A stretch of 64,000 bases of DNA from the NCBI RefSeq assembly GCF_009914755.1, contig NC_060928.1. One strand, given 5' to 3'. Both the position numbers and the translations under genes were made by a program. This DNA is from the human T2T-CHM13v2.0 reference genome, Homo sapiens. The stretch's first letter is position 1. The number at the start of each line of letters is the position of its first letter. The notes under the pieces were generated by a model. It saw only the letters and a program-made list of their open reading frames with translations. It was not told the DNA's origin and did not search any database. Positions 41,088 through 55,969 of the stretch are shown in pieces.

Positions 41088-41676
41088 GTGTCCCAAGGAC
41101 TCAGATGATTACTTGGAAGGCACATTTAATGGAATTGATGGTGATGTGAAGCTTTGATCTTGGGAAGGGGATGCGAGTCAGACAGTGAGGGATGGAGTGA
41201 CATGGCATGGAGGGCTCCACCTACAACACAGGCTGAGAAGAAATCCCTCAGGAGTGAGCTATTTGCACACTGCTCACAATGCCTTGGGTTGTCAAGGCTC
41301 CATGGGTATGCTACAGACTTGAGGAACCTTTTAAGTGAAGAACGGCAACATTGTGAGTGGTGGGGATGAGGGCAGCTGCCTGTGCCAGCAGGTAGAGAAG
41401 CTTCTCCTTTCCCCCTCCCATGGAGGAAAGGACGGCCAGTGCAACAGCAGTGGTAACCCTACATGGCCCAAGGGTGTTTCTTCAGAGCACAAGGAGTGCC
41501 CTGGATGGCAAGTTGCCAGATTTTGGTAGTAGACGTGCAGGAAGACAAGGTTCTCAAGTGCTGGACACGAGGCGAAGCACAGGCATGTCAGATCCCCAGT
41601 GTTTTCCCAACACTATAGTGTGAAAATGAGAGTGATAAAAGTGGTAGGAAAGGGCCCCTCGGTGGATGGAGCTAGC

Positions 41677-41750
41677 TTCTCTCTCTCTCTCTCCTTCTCT
41701 CTCTCTCTCCCTCTCTCAATCTCTCTCTCTCTCTCTCTCTCTCTCCTCCT
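41677..41750 (+). repeat. (CT)n microsatellite
   Basis: Interrupted CT repeat. Confidence 0.92.
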
Positions 41751-43514
41751 GGAGATAAGAGTAATTATATTGTCCACTAGGACTGAGAAAGCATGCCTGA
41801 GGGCGCTGGAGTTACCATGGAGAGAGGACTCTCCAGTGAGAAGGCCGTTCTGCATTTATGTGATGTAGAGCTCAGAGTGATTCAAGCTGAATTTACAGAG
41901 AAAATAGTTCTTTCTGCCACCCAAGCTGGGGAAGTGGGATAGACCAGTTCTGTTGGCACACAGGATATGAGAGAGACTGTGGATGAAGGTGGCATCTGAT
42001 TTGAATTGTGAGAGAAAGATAGAATTTATACTTGCAGTGGGGAGGATGTTTTCATTAAAGGGAACTGAAAGTGCAAAGGCAGAGGGGCAGGAAGTGCAGA
42101 GTGGCTATTCAGGGTATGTGAGAATGAGAGGGGTGAGGACATTTGGAAAGAGACATGTCTAGGTGGAAAAGAGTTGTGAATGCCTCTGAAGAGGTTCGAA
42201 TCTTACACTATAGGTAAAGGTGAACAATTAAAGGATTTTACCATGTCAATGATATGATTTAAATTGGCCTCAAGATGATTAAAATCAGGATGGACTAGAA
42301 TAGAGAAAGATAGCGAGTGGGGAGACCAAGTTAGAGCCCACAGCAATAGAACACAGGAAAGGAAGTGGGGGCCTGAATTAGGGTTGTGGTGATAGACTAT
42401 AGAGAATTTCTGGAGGTGAACTTGACAAGAGTTGATAACTGATCGGATGTGAATATGGCATGATTAACAGAAACTGCATCATTGTCACAAAATCTAGTCC
42501 CAGAGGTTGATAATTTTTTCACATCATGTTACATTTTCCACTTAACCATCTTTCTGGTGAAATGATTCCCAACTTGCAGACTATTTTGGGAGTACATTGT
42601 AGCAAAATGAAACACACACACAAAAAAGTGATAAGTGTTACATGTAAAAAGAATTTGCCTGGAACAGACTCCTTTCTCTCATGGGGTTAACAGTAGTACT
42701 GCTTTTGATGAAGTGCATTGTGCATCCCAGTGATGGTAATAGAAAGAGAAGAATTTTGGGGGCCCCTTGCACCTTCATGGCCCTCTCAACTCACTATCAG
42801 AACCTACCAGAAGTGAGTCAGAGCCAAGAACTGAAGAAATATTTTTTACAGTTTTTCAGAATTTGTTTTTTTGACTGGAGTGCATTCATTTTCTAAGCAA
42901 GAAAACTGTGCCTGGAACTTGACTCCAAAACATAATTCCCTTTATTAGTAAAGAGATGGAATTGTGAATGTGTTCCTTAAGGAATGGATGCCAAAAGCTT
43001 TCTTGATGATAAAAAGGTAACAATACCCCTTAAAGTAGTGTTTTTAAATGAATAACTTCATTATCTTCTCTTCCAGAGGGAAGACCGTAGAAGCTTTATC
43101 ATAGGGCCTAGTGTCATGATCATATATTTACTCCATAAATACCTGTGAGGTAAGTATCAGGAACAGATTCTAAGTAAAAGACCTTAGATGGGAAAACTCC
43201 CAAGCAGTGATATAATATTAAAGCTGTTGTTGTAGGAGAACTGTCTTATTCTTGGTTAGTTGGAAAATAAACAGATCTTCAGAGAAAAAAGTAGAGGGAA
43301 GGGTGTCTACTCCTGAGGGCTGTTTGGTTCACTCATTTAATATTTGACTCAAGAGTTGGGCATAAAATTAGAGGGAAATCTCAGTTCCAGAGATTCTAAG
43401 CAGATTTTAAATTACTCATCCCCTTCCATGTTGTTGGCTTTGAGAATATCACTGACGACTATGGAGGGATCCTCAAGGTCCACAACTTCTTTCTCAGGGA
43501 AAGGCTAGCAATGA

Positions 43515-43846
<332 letters not shown>

Positions 43847-44696
43847 ATCATTTATTTTCCCAGATTTACATTGCTTTGTGTAATCCAACCTAGAGGTCCA
43901 GTTTTTGTGGCACATAGTAATTAGAATGACTAGTTAATCCTCGAAGGATAATCTGGAATATTTGCATTATATTTTACTGCATAGCAAATCCTGCACAGCC
44001 CCACTAAAGGAAAGGGGGCATTTAATACAGAGCAAGTAGTAATATATAATAAAAATGAAAAGCATTTAGTAGCAATGAGATATTGTGCCCCCAAATCATC
44101 CTTCCAATACCATGATTTGATAGTACAGGGAATGCTGGAAATTTTCCAAAAGAAAATGGAAATACAAGGATTCTATTTTTATTGCATAACAAGGAAAGGA
44201 AATGCTCAACTACCGCAAGAATATGTTGGAAGCATATGGATTTTGAACCAAAAGATGAAAGTGATATTATGCCTCTGGAAATTCAGTGTCTTCATTGTGA
44301 TTTAAAGTGTCATAGCCCACAGTAAGCATCTTGGCAAAAGCAAAAGAAAAGAATGAATAAGAAGCCTAAGTAATTATGAATCTACATTTCAAGATACGAG
44401 TAAGGAAAAAAGGCATAAACTAGCTAAAATTCTTATTCAGGCCAATTGTCTTTAAAATACATCAAGGCATTCTTAAAACTAACTTAATTGCCAGAAAAAC
44501 AGCAAAGTATCACTATCCTAAGTATGACCTAAAAATTAATAATAAAAGCTCTTATCTATATAGAATAATCATTTCATTACTTGCTTCCTTTTGTTACCAT
44601 TCAGAAATTTAATAGTGAATTGGAAGTAACCTGAACCAGGAATTATTATTTCTCAATCCAAGAAAATTGACGGAAGATATTCATGGACTTGCTGCC

Positions 44697-45196
44697 TGTA
44701 TCAATGAACTATTGTTGCATAACAAACAACCTCAAAACTTGATGGTTTAAAACAACGATTTATTTAGCTCATGATATTGCAAGTCAGATTGGCAATTTAG
44801 GCTGGGCTAAGCTGTGCTCATGTGTCTGCGTGCAGCTATGTGATGTCTAGTTCACTGTGATTCCAGAGCTCATCTGGTTGTCAGCTGGGACCCGTTGGCT
44901 CTCCTCCATGTGATTTCTCATCCTTCAGCAGCTAGCCAGAGCTGGTGCTTATGGTGGAACAGGGGTCCAAGAGAGAAAGTGGAAGCATGCAAGAGTTCTT
45001 GAGGCCCAGGCTTATAACTGGCACAAGTACACTTCTGCTGCATTCTATTAGCCAAAGCACCTAACAAGGCCAGCTCAGATTCAAGACATGGGAAATAGAC
45101 TCTATATCTTGATGGGAGGAGTTGCATGGTCACATTTTAAAATCATGGATACAGGGAGGTTGTTAATTGGAACGATCAAATGATCAATCTACTATA
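44697..45196 (-). mobile_element. MLT1H-like MaLR LTR
   Basis: GCATAACAAACAACCTCAAAACTT...CACTTCTGCTGCATTCTATT...CTTGATGGGAGGAG. Confidence 0.75.
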
Positions 45197-45264
45197 CTAA
45201 AAACTCTTCTAACATTTTAAAACATTTATTAAAGAAGTATTTTTTTTCACTTGATTTTTTAAGT

Positions 45265-45403
45265 TGTTGTTGCTGTTTGTTTTTTTGAGACAGGATCATA
45301 CTGTCACCCAGGCTGGAGTGCAGTGACATGAGCATTGCTCACTGCAGCCTCAAACTTCTGGGCTCAAGGGATCTTCCTGCCTTAGCCTTCAAAGAAGCTA
45401 GGA
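45265..45403 (-). mobile_element. AluJ right-arm fragment
   Basis: TTTTGAGACAGG...CTGGGCTCAAGGGATCTTCCTGCC. Confidence 0.85.
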
Positions 45404-45456
45404 TGCTTACCTAGGTGTCATACCCATTTCTTATTCCATATAATAAATCTGAAATT

Positions 45457-45766
<310 letters not shown>

Positions 45767-46819
45767 AATAAATCTGAAATTATTTGAAGACAGTTGTTTA
45801 TCCTCAATGTTCTACTCTTGTTTTCAGTGTAATGAAACCATGAATACTGTGAGAAAAGGAACCAGTCCTATGTATTTTGAATCTCCTGTGCTTATGACAG
45901 TCTGGCATAAAGGAGATGTTCAGTAAATGTTAATGAAATAACATTTAGTTACCAATGTTAAATATCCCCAGTTCTTCCAAAAATACTTGACGTAGCATGC
46001 TTTTGTGCCCTTCATCATCATTCTTGTCCCGTTTGGGGACAACGTTTGGTCTAAGTAGCACAAAGAAATGTGGTAGTATTATGTAGAATGATTAATGAGC
46101 CCGAGATTGAAATTACTGTTCATTCATCTTGTCAAAGAAAACCTTTCTTGTTTTCTTCTATGAGCTGTACTAAGTTCTGTCACTCCTATATCACATTTAC
46201 TCTGTTTAATTTCAGCTTGTTTCATTTATTCCACTACACCAAGAAGTTGAAGCCTTCTTGGGTACTGACTTTGTCACCTAAAGTAGACTCCCTTGTTCAA
46301 AACTGCACATGATCTACAGATTTGATAGGCTTATTTTTATAATTTTATCTACACCTAGAATAACAGTGTTCAGATATGGCCAAGATGAATCCATTTTTCT
46401 GGTTGATATCTATTTATATATTAATATTCTTTAAGTGTTTCTCTTGTGCAGACTATGGCAATGGCCCTTACGTTGTCTCTATCATTTCCTCCCTTAAATT
46501 CCTCCTTTACAAAATAGCCATAGTGACTTTTGTAAAACTTAAATCAGATTATGTCTTGCTCAAAACTTTTAATGGCTTTGGCTTTATTAGAATGCAAATT
46601 TCTTACCATGGTCTATAGGCCCCCACACCATCAGACCTCTGCACACCTCTCAGCACACTGAAGACAGTCATTTCACTGATGGCTGTGAAGTCGGCTAACG
46701 GGTTACTGTTCTTTCAAAGGCAATCTGTCTTTTCTTCTTGGGAAGCTTTCTAAGATTTCTCTTTGTTTTTGGTTTTCTGATGTTTCACTCTGATTTGTCT
46801 AAGGGTAGATCTCTTGGTA

Positions 46820-47421
46820 GAGAAGTCCCCTGTATGGATAGTGGATAGTACAGAACCCTATATATACTATGGTTTTTCCTATACTTACATACATACCTAC
46901 AATAAACTTTAATTTATAAATGAGGCGCATTAAAAGATTAACAACAATAACTGAGCTGATCTTAGTAACTTCAGCATGTGATTTATTTTCTTTCCTTATT
47001 AAGTAGAGAATGTTTATCTTTTCACTTAAAGGAAGCACTTTATGGTTTCTCTTTGGCAAATACAAATCACCAGCATCACCATTCTTGCACTGTGGGGCCA
47101 TTATTAAGTAAAACTAGTGTTACTTGAACACAAGCACTGCAATACCATGACAGTCTATTTGATAACTGAGACAGCTGCTAAGTGACTAACAGGTGGGTAG
47201 TATATAGTATGGATACACAGATGAAGGGATAATTCACGTCCCAGGTGGGTGAGATGGAATGGAAATGACATAAGATTTCATTACACTACTCAGAATAGCA
47301 TGCGATTTAAAACTTTTGAATTGCTTATTTCTGAAATTTTCCATTAATATTTTTGGACCGCAGTTGACTGTGGTTAATTGAAACCATGCAAAGTGAAACT
47401 GTGGATAAGTGGGGAGTTCTG
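46820..47421. mobile_element. MER44 / Tigger7-derived TcMar element
   Basis: TIR-like GAGAAGTCCCC / GGGGAGTTCTG flanked by TA. Minus-strand ORF MAPQCKNGDAGDLYLPKRNHKVLPLSEKINILYLIRKE resembles the Tigger transposase N-terminal HTH. Confidence 0.8.
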
Positions 47422-47553
47422 TATTAATATTGCTTGAGATTCACTGGGTTTCCTGACTCTATAGGTTGGGGTCTCTCATTAGTTCTAGAAAATTCTTAGC
47501 CTTTATGTCTTCAAATATTGCCTCTGTGCCTCCTTTTAGAATAGCAGTTAAAC

Positions 47554-47777
47554 CAGGGGTGTCCAATCTTTTGGCTTCCCTGGGCCACATTGGAAGAAGA
47601 AGAATGGTCTTGGGACACACAAAAAATACTAACACTAACAACAGTTGATGAACTAAAAAAAAAAAAATCACAAAAAAATCTCATAATGTTTTAAGAAAGT
47701 TTACAAATTTGTGTTGGGCTGCATTCAAAGCCATCCTGGGCTGCATGTGGCCCGGGGCCACACATTGGACAAGCTTA
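47554..47777 (+). mobile_element. MER30 hAT-Charlie MITE
   Basis: CAGGGGTGTCCAATCTTTTGGCTTCCCTGGGCCAC...TTGGACAAGCTT; 8-bp TSD AGTTAAA(C/T). Confidence 0.88.
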
Positions 47778-48754
47778 AGTTAAATTTATGTTAGCCTAGA
47801 CCTTTTCCTAATATCCTCTAATTCTCTTTCATTTTCCTCTGTATTTTCCAGCCCTATGTCTCCCCATACAGTTCTCTGGATAATTTTCCCAACCTGTATT
47901 CCAGAACATTAATTCTCTCTTCAGCTTTTTAGGTTACTCTGGCATCAAACTCATTCATTGACATTTTTACAGTTTTAGTTATCATATATTGTATTTCTAG
48001 AAGATCAGTTTTTTAAAAATTCCACTTTGCAACATTTTATAGTTTTCTGTTTCTTACAGATGTCTTCAAGCTTATCTTCATTTACATTACATGGTAAGCA
48101 TAGTTCTTTTACTGTTTGCCTTTGAAGTCTTTATTGGGGTTGGGGGTCTGTGTTTTTATTGTTTTTGCTGATTCTTACTCAAGTCTAGTTTCTTCATGTT
48201 GCGGTTTCCTTTGTGTGTAGGACATTGTATTTGAAAAATTATTTGTGTAAACAATTTGAGTCCCACAGGTGAAGGCCCACTAATCTCCAGAAAGAATTTT
48301 TGTTTGCTTCTTCTAGGCTTCTCAGGGGGCACTTTCACCTTAAACTAAGTTGAAGTCTTGAGCTAGCAATTGAATCAGGGGTTTAAATTTTCTTCCTGGG
48401 CTGGCTCACTTCTGGTTCATGCCTGTCTTGAGTGTGCAGCTCTGTGGAGGGGAGCTTCCAGTTTATTTAGGAGACGATCTTCTACGAATTCTCCACATTG
48501 TGCCATCTCCCTTGCCCAGCAAGCCCTTCAAAACAAAGCTTCTAATTTATCCAGATTGACAAATGACTTCAGGGCAAAAGCAGTTTCTGTACCCATTTCT
48601 CTTCAACCCATTTACCTTCCAGAGTTCTCATTTTCCCTTGACATTAGGCCTTTTAAAGAACTATCTTGTTATCTCTTTGATAATTTTAAAATGTTTCTTT
48701 TAAGTATTTCAGTTGTTTTCATCAAGATGATTGATTCAATACACAGGAAACAAC

Positions 48755-48945
48755 TTCACTTCAAATTCTCACTCTGTTATTTTGTAGCTGCATGGCTTTG
48801 GACAAGTTATTTAACCTCCATGTAACTCAGTTTTTTTCATGCGTAAAATGGGGCTAATACTACTACCTACATTACAAGATTACATGTAAAGAATAGTGCC
48901 AGGGTATAAAAAGTATTTGATAAATGTTAACTATTATTACTATTG
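48755..48945 (+). mobile_element. MIR
   Basis: TTGGACAAGTTATTTAACCTC...CTCAGTTTT..GTAAAATGGGG. Confidence 0.75.
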
Positions 48946-49141
48946 TCATACCACCTTATTTATTTCCTTTAGGCCACTTACCACTTTCAAAAATTGTCAT
49001 ATTATTTTTATTGTTGTTGTTTTCTCTTCTAGTAGAATATAAGCTTCATATTTTCATATTTACCACTATAAAATTGAATACTATTATTTTAAATGAATTA
49101 ATAAGCATATTCAAGTTTTCACTATAAAAACATCGGCTTTG

Positions 49142-49519
<378 letters not shown>

Positions 49520-50112
49520 TTATGTGAAAAAGCAAACAATCTAAAGTCTATTCTATAGCATATTCTTTTTCAAAAGAGTGAACTAAAAACCCACCTTAAT
49601 CCAAGAAAAGTGAAATAATAATTAGACCATATTTTACAATTTAATTTCCAAAATCACTTGGATATACGGCACATTATTTCTGTGTTCGAACAAATATGCC
49701 CCTTTTCAAATTTTAAATAACAAGATACCTTAGTTCAAGTATTTTTAAAATTTGCATATGCACTCCTTTGCCAAATATCTCAATCTTTCATCATTTATCA
49801 TAATTCTAGAGACTCTTTCTTCCATGGAGTCATTCCTCCATTTACAGGGGTTCAGGGATGTTCTGCACGTAATTTCTCACATTATGACCTTTTGATGAAA
49901 CTGCTGCACTATGCATTCTATTCAGTGCCAGTGAAAGGAATGAACTGTAAACATGTTGATTGTTAATGCCTCATCGTGGATAGAGATACCATTTGGTTTA
50001 TCATTTGGTAGCTAAAACTTCCCTATTACCTCTGTCTTCTCCCAACTCAGAATCTCAGAAGATTATAGATCATATTAGACAGGCTGTTGAGCTCGTCTTA
50101 AGAAATGCTCTC

Positions 50113-50412
50113 GGCCGGGCGCAGTGGCTCACGTCTGTAATCCCAGCACTCTGGGAGGCCGAGGCGGGCAGATCATGAGGTCAGGAGATCGAGACCATCC
50201 TGGCTAACACGGTGAAACCCTGTCTCTACTAAACATACAAAAAATTAGCCAGGCGTGGTGGCAGGCGCCTGTAGTCCCAGCTACTCGGGAGGCTGAGGCA
50301 GGAGAATGGCATGAACCCGGGAGACAGAGCTTACAGTGAGCAGAGATCGTGCCACTGCGCCACTGCACTCCAGCCTGGGCGACAGAGTAAGACTCCGTCT
50401 CAAAAAAAACAA
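50113..50412 (+). mobile_element. AluY
   Basis: GAGATCGAGACCATCCTGGCTAACACGG and GAATGGC.TGAACC diagnostics; perfect TSD AAGAAATGCTCTC. Confidence 0.93.
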
Positions 50413-51140
50413 AAGAAATGCTCTCACTCGCTGACTCAGACTTGACATCTCTCTTTGGTTCTGCATAAGGAGATTAGTGATTTCCTCTGCAAGGAGAGCC
50501 CAGGAAACTCCTTCTCCAGTTAGGTTACCTGAAGCTCTCTTCAGGTGCTTTCACTTTATTGCCTTCAAAGGTTTTTTCAGGTAGTATAGTGAGTCAATCT
50601 TAGTACAATTTTTATATTCTTTCTGGTCACAGAACATATAAGCCTTTGCAAAGATAAATCTAAATATTAATACATATTTGATAGTATGTCCAGCTTTATG
50701 TGATATATCTCACCCCAAAAGTTTTACGGCTATTAGATCTTTATAAATTAAATTCTAATCAAGTATACTAAGGGGTCTTTGTATTTAAAAATAAGCCTGA
50801 GATTAATTATTTTTAGAAATCAGAGTGAAGAGGAGGAGCAGGAGGAGATAAAGTTCCACAGGTAGAGAGGGCCAAATTGTGAAGATAGTTGAATAAGTTA
50901 CATACTGACTATTGTCTGGCCAGCACTGTTTTAATGCAGGGTCCTGCTGGGGGTACTTTGTGAGTTATCTTTTCATCCCTCATGCCATCAATGTATGATA
51001 ATGTATGCATTCGTCCATAAAAAGTAAATGAAATTGTAACATTGAGAAATGAAACACAAATCTCAATTTCTTTTAGGGCAATGTAGTCTTGAAGTCTTGA
51101 GTGAAAGAATGGAACTAGAAAAAAATATTCTCTAAGACTA

Positions 51141-51525
<385 letters not shown>

Positions 51526-51570
51526 GAAGATAAAGGAGAGCAAAGTACGGATAATGCTGGACTTTCCTAT

Positions 51571-51957
51571 TGTCATGGTTTAAATGTCCACTCCAAAACT
51601 CATGTTGAAACTTAATCCCCAGTGTGGCAGTATTGAGAGGTGGGGCCTTGAAGAGGTGATTGGATCATGGGAGTCTGCCCTCATGAATGGTTGAATGGAT
51701 TAATGGGTTATCATAAGAGGGGAGCTGGTAGTTTCATAAAAGGAAAAAAGAAAGACCCAAGCTAGCACATGACCATGCTTGGTCTCCTCATAATGTGATG
51801 CCCTGTGTCACCTGGGGACTCTTTTTTAGCAAGAAGTCCCTCACCAGATGTGGCTCCTTGACCTTGGGGCCAAACTGTAACAAATAAATTCCTTTTCTTT
51901 ATAAGTTACTCAGTTTCAGGCATTCATTATAAGCAACAGAATATGAACTAAGAGACA
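51571..51957 (+). mobile_element. MSTC/MSTD-like MaLR LTR
   Basis: CCAAAACTCATGTTGAAACTTAATCCCC...CCCTCACCAGATGTGG...GAACTAAGAGACA. Confidence 0.82.
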
Positions 51958-51984
51958 TATTAAAGCATGTTTTTCTCATTGGTT

Positions 51985-52800
51985 ATAGAGTGTCATCAAC
52001 TGGCTTGCAGTAAAGGAGTAATGTGATAAGATTTTGTTTTATTACAATAACTCCAAGAGCCACTTGGGGGGTAAATTAGAAAGAAAAGTGACTAGAGACA
52101 CAAAATCTCATGATGGAGTCATTGCAGTAGTTAAGGCAAGGAAAACAACAAGAGCCTAATATATTGGAGAAGATGCAGAGTTATTTGGGAGGTTGAGTTG
52201 GCAGGACTTGCATTTTAGTGGCACTCACAGGTTTCTGAATTGCACTCTTGAGGGACTGTTATGCAAGTTACTAAAATAGGGAATGTAGGATGAAGGGTAA
52301 CTTGGTGGCAGATGAAGAGGAATGGATTTAACGAGTAAGATACTGAGTTCATCTAGAGAATCTTGGAGGAGGAATCTGTGAGTATCCATGTGGAGTTGTT
52401 CAGTGTACATATTGGATACACAGGTCTGGGACTCAGAAGAAAGAACAGGACAGAATTAAAGGTCTGACCTACACCTACATTGGGCATGTAGGTATAGGTC
52501 AAAGACATGGATGAGATGGCTGAAATGACTTGGGAAGATCAGTGAAGTGAAAAGAGAAGAAGAGTAAATGTAGAACCAGGAGAGCCTGAAAAGGAAGGAA
52601 AGGTTGGAGGGAAGGAAAGATAAGCAGGAGAAAGTGTGTTTTTAGAGGCATAAGGAGGAAAAATGCCAAAGGAGAAGAGTACTTCAGGAAAGAGAAAAGC
52701 CAATAAGATCAGAGAGTCCAGGGAAGTCTAGCATAATTGGTTTCTGAAAGGTTTTCACAGGATTGGACAAATACAAGATCATTGTTGATTCTGCAAGAGT
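51985..52800 (-). mobile_element. L2 remnant
   Basis: Purine-rich antisense L2 motifs (TTGGATACACAGGTCTGGGACTCAG, ATGGATGAGAT). Confidence 0.5.
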
Positions 52801-54127
52801 ACTAGAGAAGTGAATTGAAAGTGGGATTCAAATTTTCTCCCCCTTGCCAGCCCTTATCCTCACCTGCCTGGGCCTCCAGACACTCTCTGACTCACCCCAC
52901 CCTGCCTTTTGTGTTGTCTGGGGTGGGTTCCTTAGCACTAAAGTTCAGGGCAGAATTTCCTCCTCAAAGTAGAAAAAGAGCTGTGTGTGTAGGAAAGAGA
53001 GAAGGGAATCAGATTATAGTCACTTAAGTAAAGCAAGATTTCAAGCCCTGGGGAAGTCAAGTCTCAAGGGGTCTAAGGTGGAGCTGCAGATTAAGGGTAC
53101 CAGGTGGGAACAGAGGGTTTCAAGGAAAGCAAGTTACAACACAGGAAGAGAAGTTGGGGAATTTCAGAGAGCTCCACTGGGGTTTTCCCAATTTGCCTTC
53201 AAGGTCTGATAGGTGAGTCTGGCTGTCCAGAAGCAGGGCAGTAAAGTGAAGAAGAGGTGACTGTAAATGTAAAACAACTTTTGAGAAGTTTATCTATGAA
53301 AGAAAGGAAAAAGTGAGGGTTTTTATACATTGGACTTTTGTAAAATAAGGCATGTACAACGATAATTTGCTTCCTAAATTTAGGGCTCATTACACATTTG
53401 AAATGCTGGAATCTGGGATAGTGGTGATATTAAGATAATGGATATAATTTAGAAATATATTTATTCTTCAACAAGTATCTGTAGTTAATGGGGCTGATTG
53501 TCAGAAAATAGACTTTAGTCTAAATGATGATTAGCAACAATAATTTTTTGTCTGTCTTATTTTCATTTTTATTTCTACAGGGAAGAAAGCTAATGGAACT
53601 TGAGAGCAGGTGAAATGGAAGGCTATGTGCAAGTTCTAAGGGAATAAAGTTTGTTTTCTAATGTTGCCTCTTTATGTAGATTGTTTTTTCATAACTTGAT
53701 TAAAAGTCTCCGTCCTTTTCACCTTCTCCCCTGCCTGAAGTCATTTCTGCCATGTATATGAGCTAACGATTTTTGGTGTAGTCACCTTTTCAATTGATCT
53801 GTGTTGTTTACCAAGTCTCACATCAATTTCAACTGTGCTGCCTCCCGGAGTTCTGCTAACTTGTGAGGACAAACAATCCTCTCCGCCTGGCAGGCAGCGG
53901 ATGACCAGACCGCGCTCAGTTCTGATTGGTTGAATCCCCTGGGTCTGATTAGTCCAGATGAGTCAGAAGGCACGTTCCCAAGCGTGAGCTATGTTTATTG
54001 TTCGTTATTGTTCTAAGTCTTAAACAACTGGAAAGATAACAAATAAAGTTTCCTTGAAAACACATCTTTTCCTAAAAAGTGGCTGAAAATACTTGCACAG
54101 GTATGTTGTCTAGTGGTGGCAACGACG

Positions 54128-54800
54128 TGTATCAGTAAGAGCTCTTTAAATTAAAAGTGACCTGATTAAATAGATTTAAATAAAAAAGGGAATTAGTTGG
54201 TTCTCATAACTGAAAGTCTGGGTGAGAGTTCAGGCTCACGTGAACTTGAGTGCTCAAATGCTGTCATTACAAATCTGTCTCTCCACTGGGGACTACTAGA
54301 TAGGGGAGCGAAGAAGCAGGGGCAAGAGTTGAAAAACTATCTATTGAGTACTCTGCTCACTACCTGGTTGACAGAATCATTTGTATGCCAAACCTCAGCA
54401 TCATAAAATATACTCATGTAACAAACCTACACATGTACCCCCTGAATCTAAAACAAAAGCTGATTTTTTTTTTAATCTTTCTCTCTCCGCCTCTCAGCTC
54501 TGCTGTCTTCTGTGCTGCCTTCATTCTTAGGCTCTAACCAAGTCATGAGAAAAGTGTCAGCCAGCAGCTCCAGGCTTATAGCCTATCAGTTTTTGAACTC
54601 CAGAATATAGGGAGCACCTCTTTACCAGTGGTTCTGGAAGATATATCGGAGCTAAATTTCACCTACGAGATGGTTGAGGAGGGTGTCCACGCCTCAGATA
54701 ACCACTAAGTCCAAGGACTGGACTGGACTGATAGACCAGGCTTATCTTGCATACCCACTTCTGGAATTGGGGGTGACTCTGGGGTCAACCACGGAAACAG
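54128..54800 (-). mobile_element. Old MLT1 LTR interrupted by an L1 3' end
   Basis: TGTATCAGTAAGAGCTCTTT...CATAACTGAAAGTC...; resumes CTCAGCTCTGCT...CCAGCAGCTCCAGGC. Confidence 0.55.
54284..54473 (+). mobile_element. 5'-truncated L1PB/L1PA 3' UTR
   Basis: CACTGGGGACTACTAGA...CCAAACCTCAGCATCA...CATGTACCCCCTGAATCTAAAA; TSD AATCT(G/T)TCTCTC. Confidence 0.85.
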
Positions 54801-55496
54801 CAACGAGAAGTGTGCTGCATTCCTGTAGTAGGTCAGAGGATTTCATTAGGGTTCAGCTCAAGTTCCATGTTCTCACCAGGCCTTTCACATTCAGGGAAGG
54901 TAGGTCCCGTTTTACCTAACAGTAGAATCTATTCTTAAAAAGAGGAGAGAGGCTATAACTGATGTGAGGAAAGCAGCCCTCTAACAGAAAAACTGAAGAG
55001 AGTAGAAAAAAAAAAAGCCAAAGAATACCATGAGAAGGGAAACAAAGAGTTAAAAAGAGGCACAGAGAGAAAGACAAAAAGATTAAAAATAAACAGAAAC
55101 TGTAAGCAAACATAAGGATCATTAAACAGCTATAAAGCTAATCACAGCATTTGCCTAGACCAATTCCAAGAGAAAGCAATTTTCTTTGATGTAAGCACCC
55201 TGGGAAGGAAATATTGGCCTGTTCTGGCTCATCCCCAAGGTGTGTGTCTCTCTTGTCTTTTCCTGCTCTCTGTCTTCCATCCCTTCTGTTCTCTTTTTAA
55301 CTGCTCACATCTGTACTGACTGCTTCTTCTTCACATAAGTAGCTACTACCTTCCACCTTCTCTTGGCTTCTTTTGCTTGACTTCTGCACAGCAAAATTTT
55401 ACTTCCCAATTCTCCAAGGTAAGATGGAAATGAAAAAGATGAAGATGACACTCTACCAAGCTCCTGGCATAGTTATTTGATGTGCCAGAACTAAGA

Positions 55497-55957
<461 letters not shown>

Positions 55958-55969
55958 GACAGAGTTCTT

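Larger units (their letters stand above)
46690..48750 (-). mobile_element. L1ME/HAL1-like remnant hosting two DNA transposons
   Basis: Antisense ORF1-like sequence (TTCTAGAAAATTCTTAGCC..TCTTCAAATATTGCCTCTG) on both sides of the inserts. Confidence 0.55.

Noticed and set aside
48370-48825. 151-aa plus ORF
   Set aside because: TTG start, lies in decayed LINE/MIR sequence, no domain similarity.
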